Shown: in pieces, positions 28,791 through 41,626 of the stretch | How the letters are laid out: every line of letters begins with the position of its first letter | Position numbering within the stretch: position 1 is the stretch's first letter | Origin: Methanotrichaceae archaeon | GTDB lineage: Archaea > Halobacteriota > Methanosarcinia > Methanotrichales > Methanotrichaceae | NCBI GenBank assembly: GCA_963748825.1 | Contig: CAVVKN010000022.1 | Coordinates: 128,001-192,000 of the forward strand | Length of the DNA: 64,000 bases | Reading direction: 5' to 3' | The notes under the pieces: generated by a model | What the model was told of the DNA's origin: nothing | The model's database searches: none | Seen by the model: only the letters and a program-made list of their open reading frames with translations | Program-made: the position numbers and the translations under genes

Positions 28791-29162
28791 GTGGTGAGAA
28801 GTATTCCGCGAGGAAAAACAGGAGAAGACAGCAGCTTGCCTGAAATGCAGGGCGCCTGGATTATCTTGCAGCCGATTGTTGCAGATATGCAATTGGTGCA
28901 GTCAGGTCATCTCGTTAGTGGGACTTATTGCAACGCAGAAGTAAAAGGCACTATCGAAGGAACTCTTTTTAAGGAGGGAGAGGAAATTATGCTTATAGGA
29001 AAATGGGCCGACCAGGTAGGCAGAGGTGGTTTTAGAGTATCCATCGACAATACCAGTCACAATCATGAAAAAGCCGGGGTTTGCAAAACCATTTTCCAGG
29101 GAAATTGGAAGCATTCTAAAAGCCAAAGCTGGGACGGATTGTTTATGGGTGAAAAGAGATGA
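28791..29162 (+). CDS. Hypothetical protein
   Basis: 123-aa ORF, beta-rich pattern (GAW...L.Q.G..V.G.Y...G.W). Confidence 0.55.
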   Translation: MVRSIPRGKTGEDSSLPEMQGAWIILQPIVADMQLVQSGHLVSGTYCNAEVKGTIEGTLFKEGEEIMLIGKWADQVGRGGFRVSIDNTSHNHEKAGVCKTIFQGNWKHSKSQSWDGLFMGEKR

Positions 29163-29725
29163 ACCGTCAGGTGCAAGAGAGAGTGAAATAGGGGATCTCT
29201 GGGCCCAAATTTTTGATCATGATTGAATTCTGAAGGCATATATTGGCTCAGACAAGCCTCTTTTCGAACTTTTACGGTCGTAGCTTTGAAAAGACAGCGG
29301 GGACTGAGACTCTCAACTTGCCATTGAACTTGCTACGCGAAGGCAGATTGATGACTGATTAGCCTGCAGTGTGTTTGGCAGGATATTCATGACTTTCAGA
29401 CGGCAAATATTTAGGATATGAATTACATACATGTACATAATTTTTAATACATGACCGATTCCTTTTGCCAATTCTTATGCCAATTCCCTGCGTGCTTAAA
29501 GGCTAACAACAAGCTAAATCGGGACTTGACCAATCATTACTTAAATGTCATTACTTATTGTCAGTATTTATCTATAGAATGCTAACTACCAAAAGCTTTT
29601 TCGTTAAGTCTTCAAATATAATGATATGATCTAACAATGGGAGGGATAAGATCGAGGCAATTGATCATGCGGAAGGCGGCAAGAGCCCATCTTTTCGCAC
29701 TGCAGTCATCCTGGCCGTCACAATT

Positions 29726-32662
29726 TTGACGGTCTTTTTGGCAGTGCTGGCCTTTGTTAAGGACAGAGATGTGCTGCTTCCGATTTTGGATGCAATTACG
29801 ATTGTGAGCAGTGGACTGGCTGCGGCTAGCATGCTGCTTACAGCGCAGCATTCTCAGGGAAGATCCAAAAAGGCCTGGACGCTATTAGCTGCAGCTCTGG
29901 TCTTCAATGCCTTTGGGGAAGCTTCCTGGGCTGTAATCGAGGTCGTCCTCCATCAAAATCCATTCCCTTCAGTAGCTGACATTGGCTACCTTGCGTTCTA
30001 TCCTCTTTTTGCTATAGGCATCCTCCTCTTGCCTGAGGGACCTCTTTCTCCCCGGGATAAGCAAAAAAATCTTCTGGATGCGGCAATCGTTATCGTATCA
30101 GCAGCTCTGGTATTCTGGGTCTTCCTTATCGACCCGATTGTTGCTTCCACCAAAGGGATTACTATTAAATTGCTTTTCGCGGCAGCCTATACGATCATGG
30201 ATCTGATTCTGTTCTTTGCTCTAATGGGGCTTCTCTTCAGAAAGCTCAATTCACTTGGACGTGATCCTGCCCTCATTCTGGCCCTTAGCTTGATCATCTT
30301 TTTAACGACCGATGCCATCTTCACCATTCAGACAAATCAGGGAACTTTTATCTCTGGCAGCTTCCTCGATACAGGCTGGCTGATAACCTATTTGTTGATA
30401 GGATTGGCAGGAGTGCTGCAGACAAACTCTCTTCCTTTTGAACCGCTGGGTGTATTGGGCCCCATTCAGAGCAAAAGAGATGAATGGGTTCATTTCTTGC
30501 CTTACCTGGGAATTGGGGCAGCATTTTCCCTTCTCATCTGGGGTTATGAATACTCGCACTTAATCAATTATTCCGGCCTGGCTGCGTCGGTCGGGCTCAT
30601 CATTGTGTTGATGTTCATCCGCCAGAAGGTGGCCTTTGATGAGCGAAATCAATTGCTCACCATGACCCTCTCGGAGATTGGGGAGCGAAAGCACGTTGAA
30701 GAGTCATTACGTAAATCAGAACAGGAGAAAGCGGCTATCTTGGGAGGCTTAAAAAATGTTTCTGTCGAATACCTTGATCCCCTGATGCACATCATCTGGG
30801 TTAATACTCTCGTTCAAAGGTCTCTCGGCCTTTCAGAGGATGAAATTAAAGAGAAGCAATGCTTTAAGGCCATCTACGGCCTCGAAGTGCCCTGTGCAGG
30901 TTGCACTGCAGTCAAAGCCCTCCAGAGAGGTGAGTCCCAGGAGGGGGAATTAGTTACTCCTGACGGCAAGACCTGGCTGTCTCGAAGTAGCCCCCTCAGG
31001 GATGCCGATGAAAAGATCACGGGAGCGGTTCATGTCGCTCTAGACATCAGCGAACGCAAAAGTGCAGAGAGCGCCTTAAAAGAGTCAGAACGCCGGCTAG
31101 CGAACATCATAAACTTTCTGCCCGATGCTACCTTTGTTATCAACAAAGAGGGCAGAGTGATAGCCTGGAACCGGGCCATCGAGAAGCTGACCGGCACCAA
31201 GGCCGAGCAGATGCTGGGCAAGGGAGACTATGAATATGCACTGCCTTTTTACGGTGAGCGTAGGCCGATCCTCATAGATATGACTGTAAAGTACGATCCA
31301 GCTTTTGATGAGAAATATGAAATTATAAAAAGGCAAGAAGACGGCTCCATCGTTGGAGAATCCTACATGCCCAGGCTGAAAGATGGGGAAGCATACCTCC
31401 TGGGAAGCGCATCGGCGCTTTACGACTCTGACGGAAATTACTGGGGAGCGATCGAATCGATACGCGATATAACCGATCGACGGCATGCTGAGGAAGAGCT
31501 GAAAAGGTCCAAGGAGGAAGCTGAATTCGCCACGCGTGCCAAGTCCGAATTCCTGGCCAACATGAGTCATGAGATTCGCACGCCTATGAATGCCGTTATA
31601 GGCTTGACAGGTCTTCTATTGGATGAGAATCTCACAGCGAGGCAGAGGGAGTACATTGAAATTATTCACAGCAGCGGGGACACACTGCTCGCTATCATAA
31701 ATAACATCCTTGATCTCACAAAAATCGAAGCTAATATGGTTGAGCTGGAGTGCCAGCCGATCGACCTGCAAAGCTGCATTGAGGCGGCCATGGATCTTGT
31801 GGCGGCTGCAGCCGCTGATAAGGGGCTAAACACAACTTGCACGATACAAGACGGCACTCCAAAGTTGATTTTGGGCGATCCTACCAGGCTCAGCCAGATC
31901 ATAATAAATTTACTCCATAATGCCGTGAAGTTCACGAAAAAAGGTGGAGTTGCAATCACGGTCTCCAGCATAAAGCTTGAAGGAGATAACCATGAAATCC
32001 ATTTTGCCGTAAAAGATACGGGAATTGGAATTCCTGAAGAGAAGATAGGCCGCCTGTTCCAGTCCTTCAGTCAAATCGATGCCTCGACTGCGCGCAGATA
32101 CGGCGGCACTGGTCTCGGACTGGCCATAAGCAAAAAACTCGTGGAGATGATGGGCGGAAAAATATGGGCAGAAAGTGAGGCCGGCAAAGGTTCCACATTT
32201 CATTTCACCATCCCGGCAAAAACAACCCTTTGTGAGCCAATCGATATCTTTAAGCCTGCTTCTTTAGCGGTCAGTGATCAGCAAGGTCAACTGGACCACG
32301 ACCTGAGCATACTGCTTGCAGAAGATAATACAGTCAACCAGATTGTGGCTAAGAAGATGCTTAAAAAGCTGGGGTATCGGGCGGATGTGGCCGCCAATGG
32401 CATAGAGGTTTTGCAGGCCCTGGAGCGCCAGCATTACGATGTTGTTTTCATGGATGTACAGATGCCGGAGATGGACGGCCTGGATGCCACAAAGGCAATA
32501 CGACAAAGATGGCAAAAAGGGCCTAAGATCATCGCTATGACGGCATCAGCTCTCAAAGGCGATCGAGAGATGTGTTTGGCGGCAGGAATGGATGGATACA
32601 TAAGCAAGCCCACAAAGATGGAAGCGCTAAGGGCTGCTCTGGTGGCTTGCAGCAAAGGATGA
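29726..32662 (+). CDS. Membrane-bound PAS hybrid sensor histidine kinase
   Basis: Multi-TM N-terminus, 2 [24 protein letters not shown], receiver [11 protein letters not shown]. Confidence 0.93.
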   Translation: MTVFLAVLAFVKDRDVLLPILDAITIVSSGLAAASMLLTAQHSQGRSKKAWTLLAAALVFNAFGEASWAVIEVVLHQNPFPSVADIGYLAFYPLFAIGILLLPEGPLSPRDKQKNLLDAAIVIVSAALVFWVFLIDPIVASTKGITIKLLFAAAYTIMDLILFFALMGLLFRKLNSLGRDPALILALSLIIFLTTDAIFTIQTNQGTFISGSFLDTGWLITYLLIGLAGVLQTNSLPFEPLGVLGPIQSKRDEWVHFLPYLGIGAAFSLLIWGYEYSHLINYSGLAASVGLIIVLMFIRQKVAFDERNQLLTMTLSEIGERKHVEESLRKSEQEKAAILGGLKNVSVEYLDPLMHIIWVNTLVQRSLGLSEDEIKEKQCFKAIYGLEVPCAGCTAVKALQRGESQEGELVTPDGKTWLSRSSPLRDADEKITGAVHVALDISERKSAESALKESERRLANIINFLPDATFVINKEGRVIAWNRAIEKLTGTKAEQMLGKGDYEYALPFYGERRPILIDMTVKYDPAFDEKYEIIKRQEDGSIVGESYMPRLKDGEAYLLGSASALYDSDGNYWGAIESIRDITDRRHAEEELKRSKEEAEFATRAKSEFLANMSHEIRTPMNAVIGLTGLLLDENLTARQREYIEIIHSSGDTLLAIINNILDLTKIEANMVELECQPIDLQSCIEAAMDLVAAAAADKGLNTTCTIQDGTPKLILGDPTRLSQIIINLLHNAVKFTKKGGVAITVSSIKLEGDNHEIHFAVKDTGIGIPEEKIGRLFQSFSQIDASTARRYGGTGLGLAISKKLVEMMGGKIWAESEAGKGSTFHFTIPAKTTLCEPIDIFKPASLAVSDQQGQLDHDLSILLAEDNTVNQIVAKKMLKKLGYRADVAANGIEVLQALERQHYDVVFMDVQMPEMDGLDATKAIRQRWQKGPKIIAMTASALKGDREMCLAAGMDGYISKPTKMEALRAALVACSKG

Positions 32663-33555
32663 TGGATATCATGAGGCTTAAGATGCAGATAACTGATCAC
32701 GTTCATGCCCTGAAAATCCCATTTCAGATAACCGATCCGTCCGGCCAGGAAATTGCCAGATTCGTTTATGCCTTTCTTATCTACGGCCAGAAGATCTACC
32801 TTATCGACAGCGGAGTTGCCTCTTCAGAGAAGATTATTCTGGACTATCTGAAAACAACCGGCCGAAGCCCGCAGGAAATCTCCCGGCTCATACTCACCCA
32901 CGCTCACCCCGATCATATTGGCGCAGCCCGGGCCATAAAGAGCATATGCGGCTGCACCGTGGCCGCCCATGCTGCAGAAAAGGCATGGATAGAGGATGTG
33001 GACCTGCAGGCGAAAGAGCGCCCCGTTCCCGGCTTCTTCTCCCTTGTGGGCGGATCGGTCAAGGTTGACCAAACATTGCAGGAAGGAGACATCCTGCATC
33101 TGGAGGGCGATCTCACATTGCAGGTGCTGCACACTCCCGGCCACTCTCCCGGTTCTATCTCCTTATGGCTGGCTGAAGATGGCGCTCTCTTCTCTGCCGA
33201 TGCGATTCCTATTGCCGGAGATATGCCCATCTATCAGGACATCCTGGCATCCGTCCGCTCCATTGAGAAGCTTGCCTCCATCCCGAAAATCAAGCTCCTC
33301 TTAGCGGCCTGGGATGAACCAAGATCGGGAAGCGAAGCTTATCGCATTATGGATGAAGGGCTGCAATATCTTCAGAGAATTCATAGTGCAGCCCTTTTGC
33401 TGGCTGGGGCAAATCCAGGCATCAGTCCCATGGAGCTAAGTCGGCGCACTCTTGAACAGTTGGGCCTGCCCCAGATCATGGCCAATCCTCTGGTGGCCGC
33501 ATCTTTTCAGGCCAGCTTAAAAGCAGGAGATAAGCAGGACCTCCTCAGTATCTGA
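32659..33555 (+). CDS. Metallo-beta-lactamase fold hydrolase
   Basis: THAHPDHIG, HTPGHSPGS; ATGA overlap with the kinase gene. Confidence 0.9.
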   Translation: MMDIMRLKMQITDHVHALKIPFQITDPSGQEIARFVYAFLIYGQKIYLIDSGVASSEKIILDYLKTTGRSPQEISRLILTHAHPDHIGAARAIKSICGCTVAAHAAEKAWIEDVDLQAKERPVPGFFSLVGGSVKVDQTLQEGDILHLEGDLTLQVLHTPGHSPGSISLWLAEDGALFSADAIPIAGDMPIYQDILASVRSIEKLASIPKIKLLLAAWDEPRSGSEAYRIMDEGLQYLQRIHSAALLLAGANPGISPMELSRRTLEQLGLPQIMANPLVAASFQASLKAGDKQDLLSI

Positions 33556-33572
33556 GCCAGGAAAGATGCAGC

Positions 33573-33923
33573 ATGAATCCAACATATGAAGACGAGGAGA
33601 AAATAATCTGGCTAAAAGATCATGATGCTCTGACCAGGATGGGCTACGTGCGGGAGAGATGGTTGCTCTGCCCCATTCGCACCGGCCCGGTCAAAACTCC
33701 ACAGGGCGAGATGCTCATAGGCTATTCTGTCTTGAAGAAGACTGCCGCCAAAATCGATGAAAGGGGCTTTTGCAGAAGGATCTTCACTCTGCTACCCGAG
33801 GATCGATTCTGCGATACCAATGGAATCTTCAAGGATTATGCGCCGCTTGATGCCGTCGATCCGCTCTTGGTAGTGGCAGAAAAGCCCAGCCGAAGGCTTA
33901 TGGGTGCAAATAAAAATGAATAG
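33573..33923 (+). CDS. Hypothetical protein resembling the DUF6009 family
   Basis: IIWL...YVRE...IGYSVL...RRIFTL.PEDR...P.DAVDP pattern. Confidence 0.6.
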   Translation: MNPTYEDEEKIIWLKDHDALTRMGYVRERWLLCPIRTGPVKTPQGEMLIGYSVLKKTAAKIDERGFCRRIFTLLPEDRFCDTNGIFKDYAPLDAVDPLLVVAEKPSRRLMGANKNE

Positions 33924-34010
33924 GCGACATAGCTCAATTGGTGTCCCTTCAACCGCAAAGATAAAAGCTCGCAGCACTATGATAAAAGCAAGACCGTAGG
34001 GAGAGACGAG

Positions 34011-35084
34011 ATGCCCATTAAGCTACGCATTGCCACCTTCAACCTTATGAACCTGGACGACCGGCGCGACCAATATCCAAGCCTTGAGGAACGTATACCC
34101 ATCCTGCGACCCCAGTTGGTTCGCCTGGATGCAGACATTCTCTGTTTGCAGGAGGTCTGCGGACAGCATGAGCGCGGCAGAAAGAAGCGTCTGGATGCCA
34201 TGAACCGCCTCCTGGAATGCACGCCTTACGAGGGCTACAAGAGAGTCAACACCATCGATCCGGATACAAAAGAGGTCTTTGAGCATCACAACCTGGTCAT
34301 ACTCAGCCGCTATGATATTGTGGAGCACGACCAGTATCTGCACGAGTATGCCCCCTCGCCGCGCTACAAGAAGGTTACGGCGATTCCGGAGGAGAGCGAG
34401 GCGAAAGAAATCTCCTGGGAGAGGCCCATTTTGCACGCGAAAGTGCAATTGCCCAACAACATGGTGGTGGATGTGATCAACCTGCATCTCAAGAGCCGCC
34501 GGCCCACCAACATCCAGGGGCACAAACTGAGCGATCGCACCTGGAAGACGGCCTCGGGCTGGGCGGAGGGTGTTTTTATCTCAAGCATGAAGCGCATCGG
34601 CCAGAGTCTGGAGACGCGCATTCTCATCGACAATCTCTTCGATGAAGACCCGTGTGCTCTGATCGCCGTCTGCGGTGATTTCAATGAGGAGTTTGATGAG
34701 GTTTCCATCGAAGCCATCCGGGGCGACGTGGAAAATACAGGCAACATGGACCTGGCCATGCGGGTCATGGTGCCCACGGAGAGGAACATCCCAGAACCGG
34801 CTCGCTACTCGCTGCTGCATAACGGCAAGGGGAAGATGCTGGACCACATCCTGGTATCAAGGACCATGCTGGCCTACTTCAAGGGTTCCGAAGTGCACAA
34901 CGAGCTATTGCATGACGAATCCATAGTCTTCGCCTCCAGGATCTTCTATCCCGAGTCGGACCACGCTCCGGTGATCGCCCGCTTCGAGATGCCGGAGACG
35001 AAGATCAATTGGTCCAGGGAGGCGGTGGACTCAGGGCAGAAGGGCACCAGTTGCATCAAGAGTGGGAAAGGGAAGTGCCAATAG
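34011..35084 (+). CDS. Endonuclease/exonuclease/phosphatase family protein
   Basis: ATFNL, LCLQEV, HLKS, GDFN, LDHILVS, SDHAPV. Confidence 0.92.
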   Translation: MPIKLRIATFNLMNLDDRRDQYPSLEERIPILRPQLVRLDADILCLQEVCGQHERGRKKRLDAMNRLLECTPYEGYKRVNTIDPDTKEVFEHHNLVILSRYDIVEHDQYLHEYAPSPRYKKVTAIPEESEAKEISWERPILHAKVQLPNNMVVDVINLHLKSRRPTNIQGHKLSDRTWKTASGWAEGVFISSMKRIGQSLETRILIDNLFDEDPCALIAVCGDFNEEFDEVSIEAIRGDVENTGNMDLAMRVMVPTERNIPEPARYSLLHNGKGKMLDHILVSRTMLAYFKGSEVHNELLHDESIVFASRIFYPESDHAPVIARFEMPETKINWSREAVDSGQKGTSCIKSGKGKCQ

Positions 35085-35473
35085 CGGTCATACTCTCATC
35101 CGCTCTAATTTTTTAAAATGGGCAATTGAATAGAAATTTCGGTATTTGCTAATTAGTCCGCACCTTTATCGACAATTTGAATCGGAAGCTCTGATAGAGG
35201 ACTTCGAATATCTTTGCATTGGCAGTCTCTGAAGAAAACTGCGTCAATATTTGCGATCTAAACACTCATCTTTTTGCGCACCCCTCCAAAATGCCAGATC
35301 TGGAGGTTGCACCTGCGGGATATGAGTTATATTTTGTCTGTTCTATAATGTCAATTCTCTCATGCGAATATAAATCTTATCCAACGCATTTTAGGGGAAA
35401 ATTATTTATCACTAATAGTCATAACCGCTGAAGGTTAGAATAAAAATTCCGATTCACAGAACTACTAAAACAC

Positions 35474-38400
35474 ATGTCGTCTTTTCCGGGACAAGAAATG
35501 CAATTCAATGACGCACTACAGAAACTCAGCCAACTTCGCGCTCAATTAGATGATCTCAGAACCAAAAGCCAACTAGACCCAGCTTGCCTATCAGGGAAGC
35601 TATCCGATGCTTCCTTAGAGCTGCAAGCTATCGAAAGATTGCTTGAAGAGAAACGCGGCGCAGAAAGCTTGAAGATATCTATTCCTGAGAAAATGCTCAT
35701 CACCCAGGATTTTCTGGAAAAGATAATCAATTCCATTGGAGATCCAATATTTGTCAGCGACGGGCAGCACAGATATTTATTTGTCAATGCTGCCAAGTAC
35801 AGGTTCACCAATCTCGAGCCGGAGGATATAATCGGCAAGACATGTTACGATTTTTTCCCCAAAGAGCAGGCAGACATTTTCTGGGAAAAGGATGAAGAGG
35901 TCTTTTCCACAGGAAGAGAGAACGTAAATGAAGAATCTGTGACAGATGGTCAGGGCAATGTTCGAACCCTGATCACCAAGAAGACTGTTTACAAAGATAG
36001 GGCCGGCAATGAGTTTCTGGTAGGCATTGCCAGGGACATCACAGAGCGCAAAAAGATGGAGGAGCAGCTAAAAAGGGCCCATGATGAAATGGAGAAGAGA
36101 GTCCTTGAGAGAACCGCAGAATTAGAAAAAGCCAACCAGGCCTTAACTGATACCAGAGACTCCCTGGAAAAAATAGTTAATTCTATTGGCGATCCGATTC
36201 ATGTCAAGGACAGGAAGCACAGGGTAATTCTGGTCAACGATGCAGCTTGCAAGCTCTTCGGCCGCTCAAGAGATGAAATTTTGGGCAGGACCGCTTATGA
36301 ACTGTTCCCCTCTCGAGAGATGGCAGAAATCTCCTGGCATAAAGACGAAGAGGTATTTGCCACGGGAGAAGAGAACGTAAACGAGGAAACGAATACCTAC
36401 GCTCCCGGCGTGACTTGCACCGTCCTGGTTAAAAAGACGCTCTATAAAGACAAAGCAGGAAATGAGTTTCTAGTGGGAGTGACCAGAGATATCACCGACC
36501 GCAAGCGGGCCGAGGAGGTGCTTCGGGAGAGCGAGGAGGGCTACCGGCAGCTATCCGAGGACATGCCGGCGTTCGTTTCGGCGTTTCTTCCCGACGGCAC
36601 TTTGACCTATCTAAATAAGCCTCTGGCGGCATGGGACGACCGAGATCCCGCCGAGATGATCGGGAGGAACTTCTACGATTTCCTGTCCCCCGCCGACCAG
36701 GAAATGGTCAGAGCAATTCTTGGCGCGCTTACACCAAAGCAGCCCCTTGAGACCCACGTGCAACGATATCTGATGCCGGACGGCAGAGTGCTCTACCACG
36801 AGTGGACCAACCGGGCCTTTTTTAATGAGGCAGGCCAGCCCACCCGCTATCAAGCCGTCGGGTTGGACATCACTGAGCGCAAGCAGGCCGAGGAGGCGCT
36901 GATTGAGAGCGAGAAAAAGTATAGCCTGCTGATAAACAATGCTAACGAATCAATCCTCGTCGCGCAAGATGGCCTGTTCAAGTTTGTCAATCCCGCGACG
37001 CTTGGCCTGTTGGGGGTGCATTCGGAGCATGAACTCATTGACAGACCATTTCCCAAATTCATCCACCCGGATGATCGGAGCATGGTGGTTGAAAATTACC
37101 GTCGACGGATCACAAGCGAGGCCACACCGCCCCGGTACGCCTTCAGAGTGGTTACTCCGGAAGGCATTGTCAAGTGGGTTGAAATCAATGCGACCTTGAT
37201 TGAATGGCAAGGCAAACCAGCCACGTTGAATTTCCTCATCGACATGACTGAGCGCAAGCAGACGGAGGAAGCTCTTTTAGAATCGGAACAGCGCTTAATG
37301 GACATTATTGATTTTCTGCCCGATGCGACCTTCGTCATCGACAGAGAGGGAAAGGTGGTAGCCTGGAACAGGGCCATCGAGGCCATGACCGGCATCCCGT
37401 CCGAGGATATGATCGGAAAAGGCGATTATGAGTACGCATTGCCCTTTTATGGAACCCGCAGGCCTATACTGATCGATCTGGTTTTAAAAGCCGACCGAGA
37501 GGCCGAGAGCAAGTATGATCATATTGAGAAGAAAGGAAGAGCTCTCATGGGAGAAGCCTACATGCCCAACATGAGGGGCAGAATTGTCTATCTCGTAGGC
37601 AGCGCCACGGTTCTCTACGATCCGCAGGGAGATGTCTTTGGTGCCATAGAGTCCATCCGCGACATCACAGAGAGCAAGCAGGCCGAAGACAGACTGATTG
37701 AGGCAAAAGAGGCAGCAGAAGCAGCAGTCAGGTCCAAATCCGAATTCTTGGCCAACATGAGCCACGAGATCAGAACGCCCCTCAATGCCGTAGTGGGTCT
37801 GACCGGATTGCTCCTGGAAGCGGACTTGACTGCGCAAGAGAGGGATTATGTAGAGACGGTGAGAAGCTCCGGCAACTCCTTGCTCTCGGTTATAAATGAC
37901 ATACTGGACTTTTCCAAGATTGAGGGAGACAAGATGGAGCTTGAGAGTCACCCCTTCAATCTGCAGGAATGCATTTTTGTGGCGGTAGATCTGGTAAAAG
38001 CAGAAGCAGAGAAAAAAGGGCTGGCAATAAAATACTGCCTGGATGAAGCGATTCCGGCATACTTCAAAGGAGATGTCACCAGGCTTCGTCAGGTATTGGT
38101 CAACCTGCTGAGCAATGCTGTCAAATTCACGCAAGCTGGAACAATAGAGATCTCTGTGACAGCAAAGCCGATACAGACCACAAATAGCCGACAATATGAG
38201 CTTCATTTTTCCGTTATAGATACCGGTATTGGAATTCCTGAGGAAAAGACGGACCGGCTATTTCAATCGTTCTCCCAGATAGATTCCACCATCACACGCA
38301 AGTACGGCGGAACCGGCCTGGGCCTGGCCATCAGCCGCAGGCTGGTGGAGCTGATGGGCGGTGAGATTTGGGTGGTCAGCCAGCCGGGATTGGGCTCCAC

Positions 38401-38866
38401 CTTCCATTTTACAATTATAGCCGAGGAGGCGGAGGAAATATCGATTCCCGTCGATTCTTGCGCTAAGAAAGCAAAAACGGACGCCAGCCGGAAGAACGCC
38501 AGACCGCTGCGCATTTTGCTGGCGGAGGACAATGCCGTCAACCAGAAGGTCGCCATTCAGATGCTAAAGCGGCTCGGCTACAGCGCGGATGTGGCCGGCA
38601 ATGGTCTCGAGGTCTTGCAGGCAATAGAACGCCAGCCCTACGATGTCGTTCTCATGGATGTGCAGATGCCGGAGATGGACGGCCTGGTGGCCACGCAAGA
38701 GATCCGCAAGCTGTGGCCCAAGGGGCCCAGGATCATAGCCATTACCGCCTACGCCCTGAAAGGCGACCGGGAACGTTGCCTGGCTGCCGGCATGGACGAT
38801 TACATCAGCAAGCCCATTGTAATCGAGGATCTGAGAAGGGTTTTAGAGATGGCGACTAGAGATTAA
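35474..38866 (+). CDS. Cytoplasmic multi-PAS hybrid histidine kinase
   Basis: Five PAS/PAC units, [14 protein letters not shown], HATPase, C-terminal receiver. Confidence 0.93.
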   Translation: MSSFPGQEMQFNDALQKLSQLRAQLDDLRTKSQLDPACLSGKLSDASLELQAIERLLEEKRGAESLKISIPEKMLITQDFLEKIINSIGDPIFVSDGQHRYLFVNAAKYRFTNLEPEDIIGKTCYDFFPKEQADIFWEKDEEVFSTGRENVNEESVTDGQGNVRTLITKKTVYKDRAGNEFLVGIARDITERKKMEEQLKRAHDEMEKRVLERTAELEKANQALTDTRDSLEKIVNSIGDPIHVKDRKHRVILVNDAACKLFGRSRDEILGRTAYELFPSREMAEISWHKDEEVFATGEENVNEETNTYAPGVTCTVLVKKTLYKDKAGNEFLVGVTRDITDRKRAEEVLRESEEGYRQLSEDMPAFVSAFLPDGTLTYLNKPLAAWDDRDPAEMIGRNFYDFLSPADQEMVRAILGALTPKQPLETHVQRYLMPDGRVLYHEWTNRAFFNEAGQPTRYQAVGLDITERKQAEEALIESEKKYSLLINNANESILVAQDGLFKFVNPATLGLLGVHSEHELIDRPFPKFIHPDDRSMVVENYRRRITSEATPPRYAFRVVTPEGIVKWVEINATLIEWQGKPATLNFLIDMTERKQTEEALLESEQRLMDIIDFLPDATFVIDREGKVVAWNRAIEAMTGIPSEDMIGKGDYEYALPFYGTRRPILIDLVLKADREAESKYDHIEKKGRALMGEAYMPNMRGRIVYLVGSATVLYDPQGDVFGAIESIRDITESKQAEDRLIEAKEAAEAAVRSKSEFLANMSHEIRTPLNAVVGLTGLLLEADLTAQERDYVETVRSSGNSLLSVINDILDFSKIEGDKMELESHPFNLQECIFVAVDLVKAEAEKKGLAIKYCLDEAIPAYFKGDVTRLRQVLVNLLSNAVKFTQAGTIEISVTAKPIQTTNSRQYELHFSVIDTGIGIPEEKTDRLFQSFSQIDSTITRKYGGTGLGLAISRRLVELMGGEIWVVSQPGLGSTFHFTIIAEEAEEISIPVDSCAKKAKTDASRKNARPLRILLAEDNAVNQKVAIQMLKRLGYSADVAGNGLEVLQAIERQPYDVVLMDVQMPEMDGLVATQEIRKLWPKGPRIIAITAYALKGDRERCLAAGMDDYISKPIVIEDLRRVLEMATRD

Positions 38867-39210
38867 GTAAGAAACCATTTTTTTTAGCTTGAACGCCAAA
38901 ATCGTAACCTGAAAAACAGTTGCTGGAGACTCATTATTATGATTATCATCAACTATTTGGGATTCTGGGCAGTCGGATACCCCCTTTCCCGTTCCTTCTG
39001 CCCACGCGGTAAGGACAAGTCCCCACTCTCCTACCCCGCCGAATAGTCGATTATCGCCGAAGTAAATAACCCTTTTTTTCATGTAGAGGTTATGTAGATA
39101 TGATCTAGGTCATTTGTGATTGAGATGAATTGACGCAAATTGGCCAAAGCCAAATTTCAGGCATTTGTCGAGCGAATCCTATTTCAACAGTTACTAAAAT
39201 ACGTGTATGT

Positions 39211-40747
39211 ATGGGCAAGCCATTGCATTACAATCGATCACTTAATTTTATAATTAATTATTATTATATTTTCTCAGATAGGAATATTTAGTTCTACCTG
39301 TCTCACTGATCTGGATTATCATCTCAGCAAGCTAAAATATGCTGATTCTTCCGTCTCTGCCAGACAGAGCTTTCATGGCGGCAGCAGTGCAGAGCTATCC
39401 GTAGACAGCAAAGGAAATTATGCCCGGATCTATATCTATCTGGACCCTCCGCTACCACTTGAGGATCTTGATCAGCTCAGCATGTGGATATATCCCCAAT
39501 CAGGCGATGGAACTGTCCAAGTTGAGCTCTATTTTGATGGCGATGAAGACGACGGCTACGACAGCAAGAATCTCCAGGATGCAAGGCTTCTTTCGCAAAA
39601 GAAATCATGCTCGGAGGTGGGAATGTCCAATCATACCTGGAATGAACTGGATGGATTTGATCTGGAATATGAGAAGTATAAAGACAAAGACTTCCTCCCA
39701 GGAAGCCTTGATGACTGCAAGAGCAGACTGGATGGCAAGAGAATTGTGAAAATTTACATCACGATTTATAAGGATAGCAAGGTATCCGATACATCTGCTT
39801 TCATCGATTACATTAAGATTGGCGATGAGATAATAAGTTTCGAGCCCCTGGAGGAGGAGGATGTAAAGGACGGCCCCTCTTCCGCGACCCCGGGAGGCCT
39901 GATGACCTACACCATAACTTATGGAAATAATGAACTAGAGCCTGCCGATCTAATCGTCAAAGAGGATTACGATCCGCTAACGGTATTCATCGAGTCTTAT
40001 CCGCCACCCGATCCCGGCACCACCAACACCTGGACCTTTCCCAATCTTGCGCCGGGCGCACACGGTCAGATCGTGATCAAGATGAGGAGCCGCAAGCCCG
40101 CCGCCAGGGCCAGCATCGATGGCCACGTTTCCGGCAAGGGATTAGCCTCTACTGAAGGCATGCTCTCCACAGAGTTTGATAGCTACCTTGTCACAAACAA
40201 TGTGCATATCATCGCGGGAGAGTTCAACTTCTCGGCATCAGCCACTACCAGAATCAGGCCTATAATCGGATCGGTCCTGCAATACGGCGAGCATGGAGCA
40301 GGCGACTATCAGGCAGAGGAGCAACTGACATACAATTCTGTCAGCATCAACGCAGAGCGCAACGTCCTTACCGGATTCTCTCCTGCCTTTGTCAACCTCT
40401 CTCGAAATTGCATTCCCCTGAGGAGCGAGTGGTCTGCAAAGCTGCGGGCCGAGAACGACTACAGAGACATTCGCTGGAGCGATAGATACTACGAGGCTAA
40501 GAGCCTCAACCTCAGCTATCGCGCTCAGCTGGGCAAGACCCTCTCCTATCTGGAAACAACTGCCCATGTCGAGGGCCTGGCCGACAGAAATGCCCAGTGG
40601 CCGGGCGGCTTCAAGGATACGCATCTGGCCGGAAACTTCACATTGGCAGGCAAAGCCAGATGGAAGTGGGCCAACAGGACCGTAAGCCCGGAGAAGGAGT
40701 GGCTGGAGTGCAGCAGCCCGATGGGGCAAGATGGGGAGATGTCTTGA
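39211..40747 (+). pseudogene. Secreted DUF11-like surface protein with an apparent +1 frameshift near its start
   Basis: The 39482 frame is open back to TAA at 39251; ATG at 39211 lies in another frame; removing one base restores a signal peptide; DUF11-like ATPGGLMTYTITYGN motif. Confidence 0.65.
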
Positions 40748-40930
40748 TCCATGAATATTAAAAATGCGAGAGCCGGAAATAACAAGAGCGGCACAGCAAA
40801 TACAGAAAGCGCACAGCGCACCGCATTACTGGCCAAGAGAGATGAGGGCAAATGTGGTGAGTGCGAAGGCGGAAAATGTATACGCCCTCACTCTCAAATA
40901 TCTCCAAGACATCTTGTGCAAAGAGGCCGT

Positions 40931-41626
40931 TTACCTTGGGGCCTGGGAGAACACATCCACAATGACCACATTGCTTGGTTGGTTGTTCACCACAATGTAG
41001 AGCATGTGTCTTCCCATCTGGTCGGCTTTGTAGTTCATGGTGTTATAACCTGGATTGAACTGATAGGTCTTGTACTTGGTACTGGCCGTATCGGTTTGAA
41101 CCACCTCATAAAAGCCTCCCATTCCTCCTGTGGGCACATTGGCCACGAGTTGCAGAGAGGCTCCCACTGGGCTTACTGCATACTGTGTCCAATTCGTGGC
41201 CCCCGAAATCCAGAGATCATTTGTCTTGGAAGGCACTGTGGATTCGTATTGAGAGTATGGCAATCCCTGGCCGTTGCCGTAGTATATGCCGTAAGGCGTA
41301 TCCTGGGTAATATCGAATTTGACGGGATTGCTTACTATGCCGCTCATCACGGGCGTCCCTGTGGTTGTATAGTATTCTCTATAGGGAGTGAATGTGCTGC
41401 TGGAAACCGCTTGTCGGTAGAAAGCAAGATTGGAGCTGTACCAGGGGAAACTGGGGACAGGCGCATCCAGCCACTGCACCATGCCAGCTATTCCCGGGTC
41501 CATCGTCATGGACCGATCGTAACTCCTGACATACCCGCCTTCCAGATAGTCTTCTCCCCATGCAATGCCAATCATCAGACACGCAGCCAGCGCGGTCATA
41601 CACAGCAAAATTCTGCAATATTTCAT
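40931..41626 (-). CDS. Secreted hypothetical protein (Tyr/Ser/Thr-rich)
   Basis: Signal peptide MKYCRILLCMTALAAC...; NDLWISGATNWTQYA and GRHML...QPSN motifs. Confidence 0.8.
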   Translation of the reverse strand: MKYCRILLCMTALAACLMIGIAWGEDYLEGGYVRSYDRSMTMDPGIAGMVQWLDAPVPSFPWYSSNLAFYRQAVSSSTFTPYREYYTTTGTPVMSGIVSNPVKFDITQDTPYGIYYGNGQGLPYSQYESTVPSKTNDLWISGATNWTQYAVSPVGASLQLVANVPTGGMGGFYEVVQTDTASTKYKTYQFNPGYNTMNYKADQMGRHMLYIVVNNQPSNVVIVDVFSQAPR

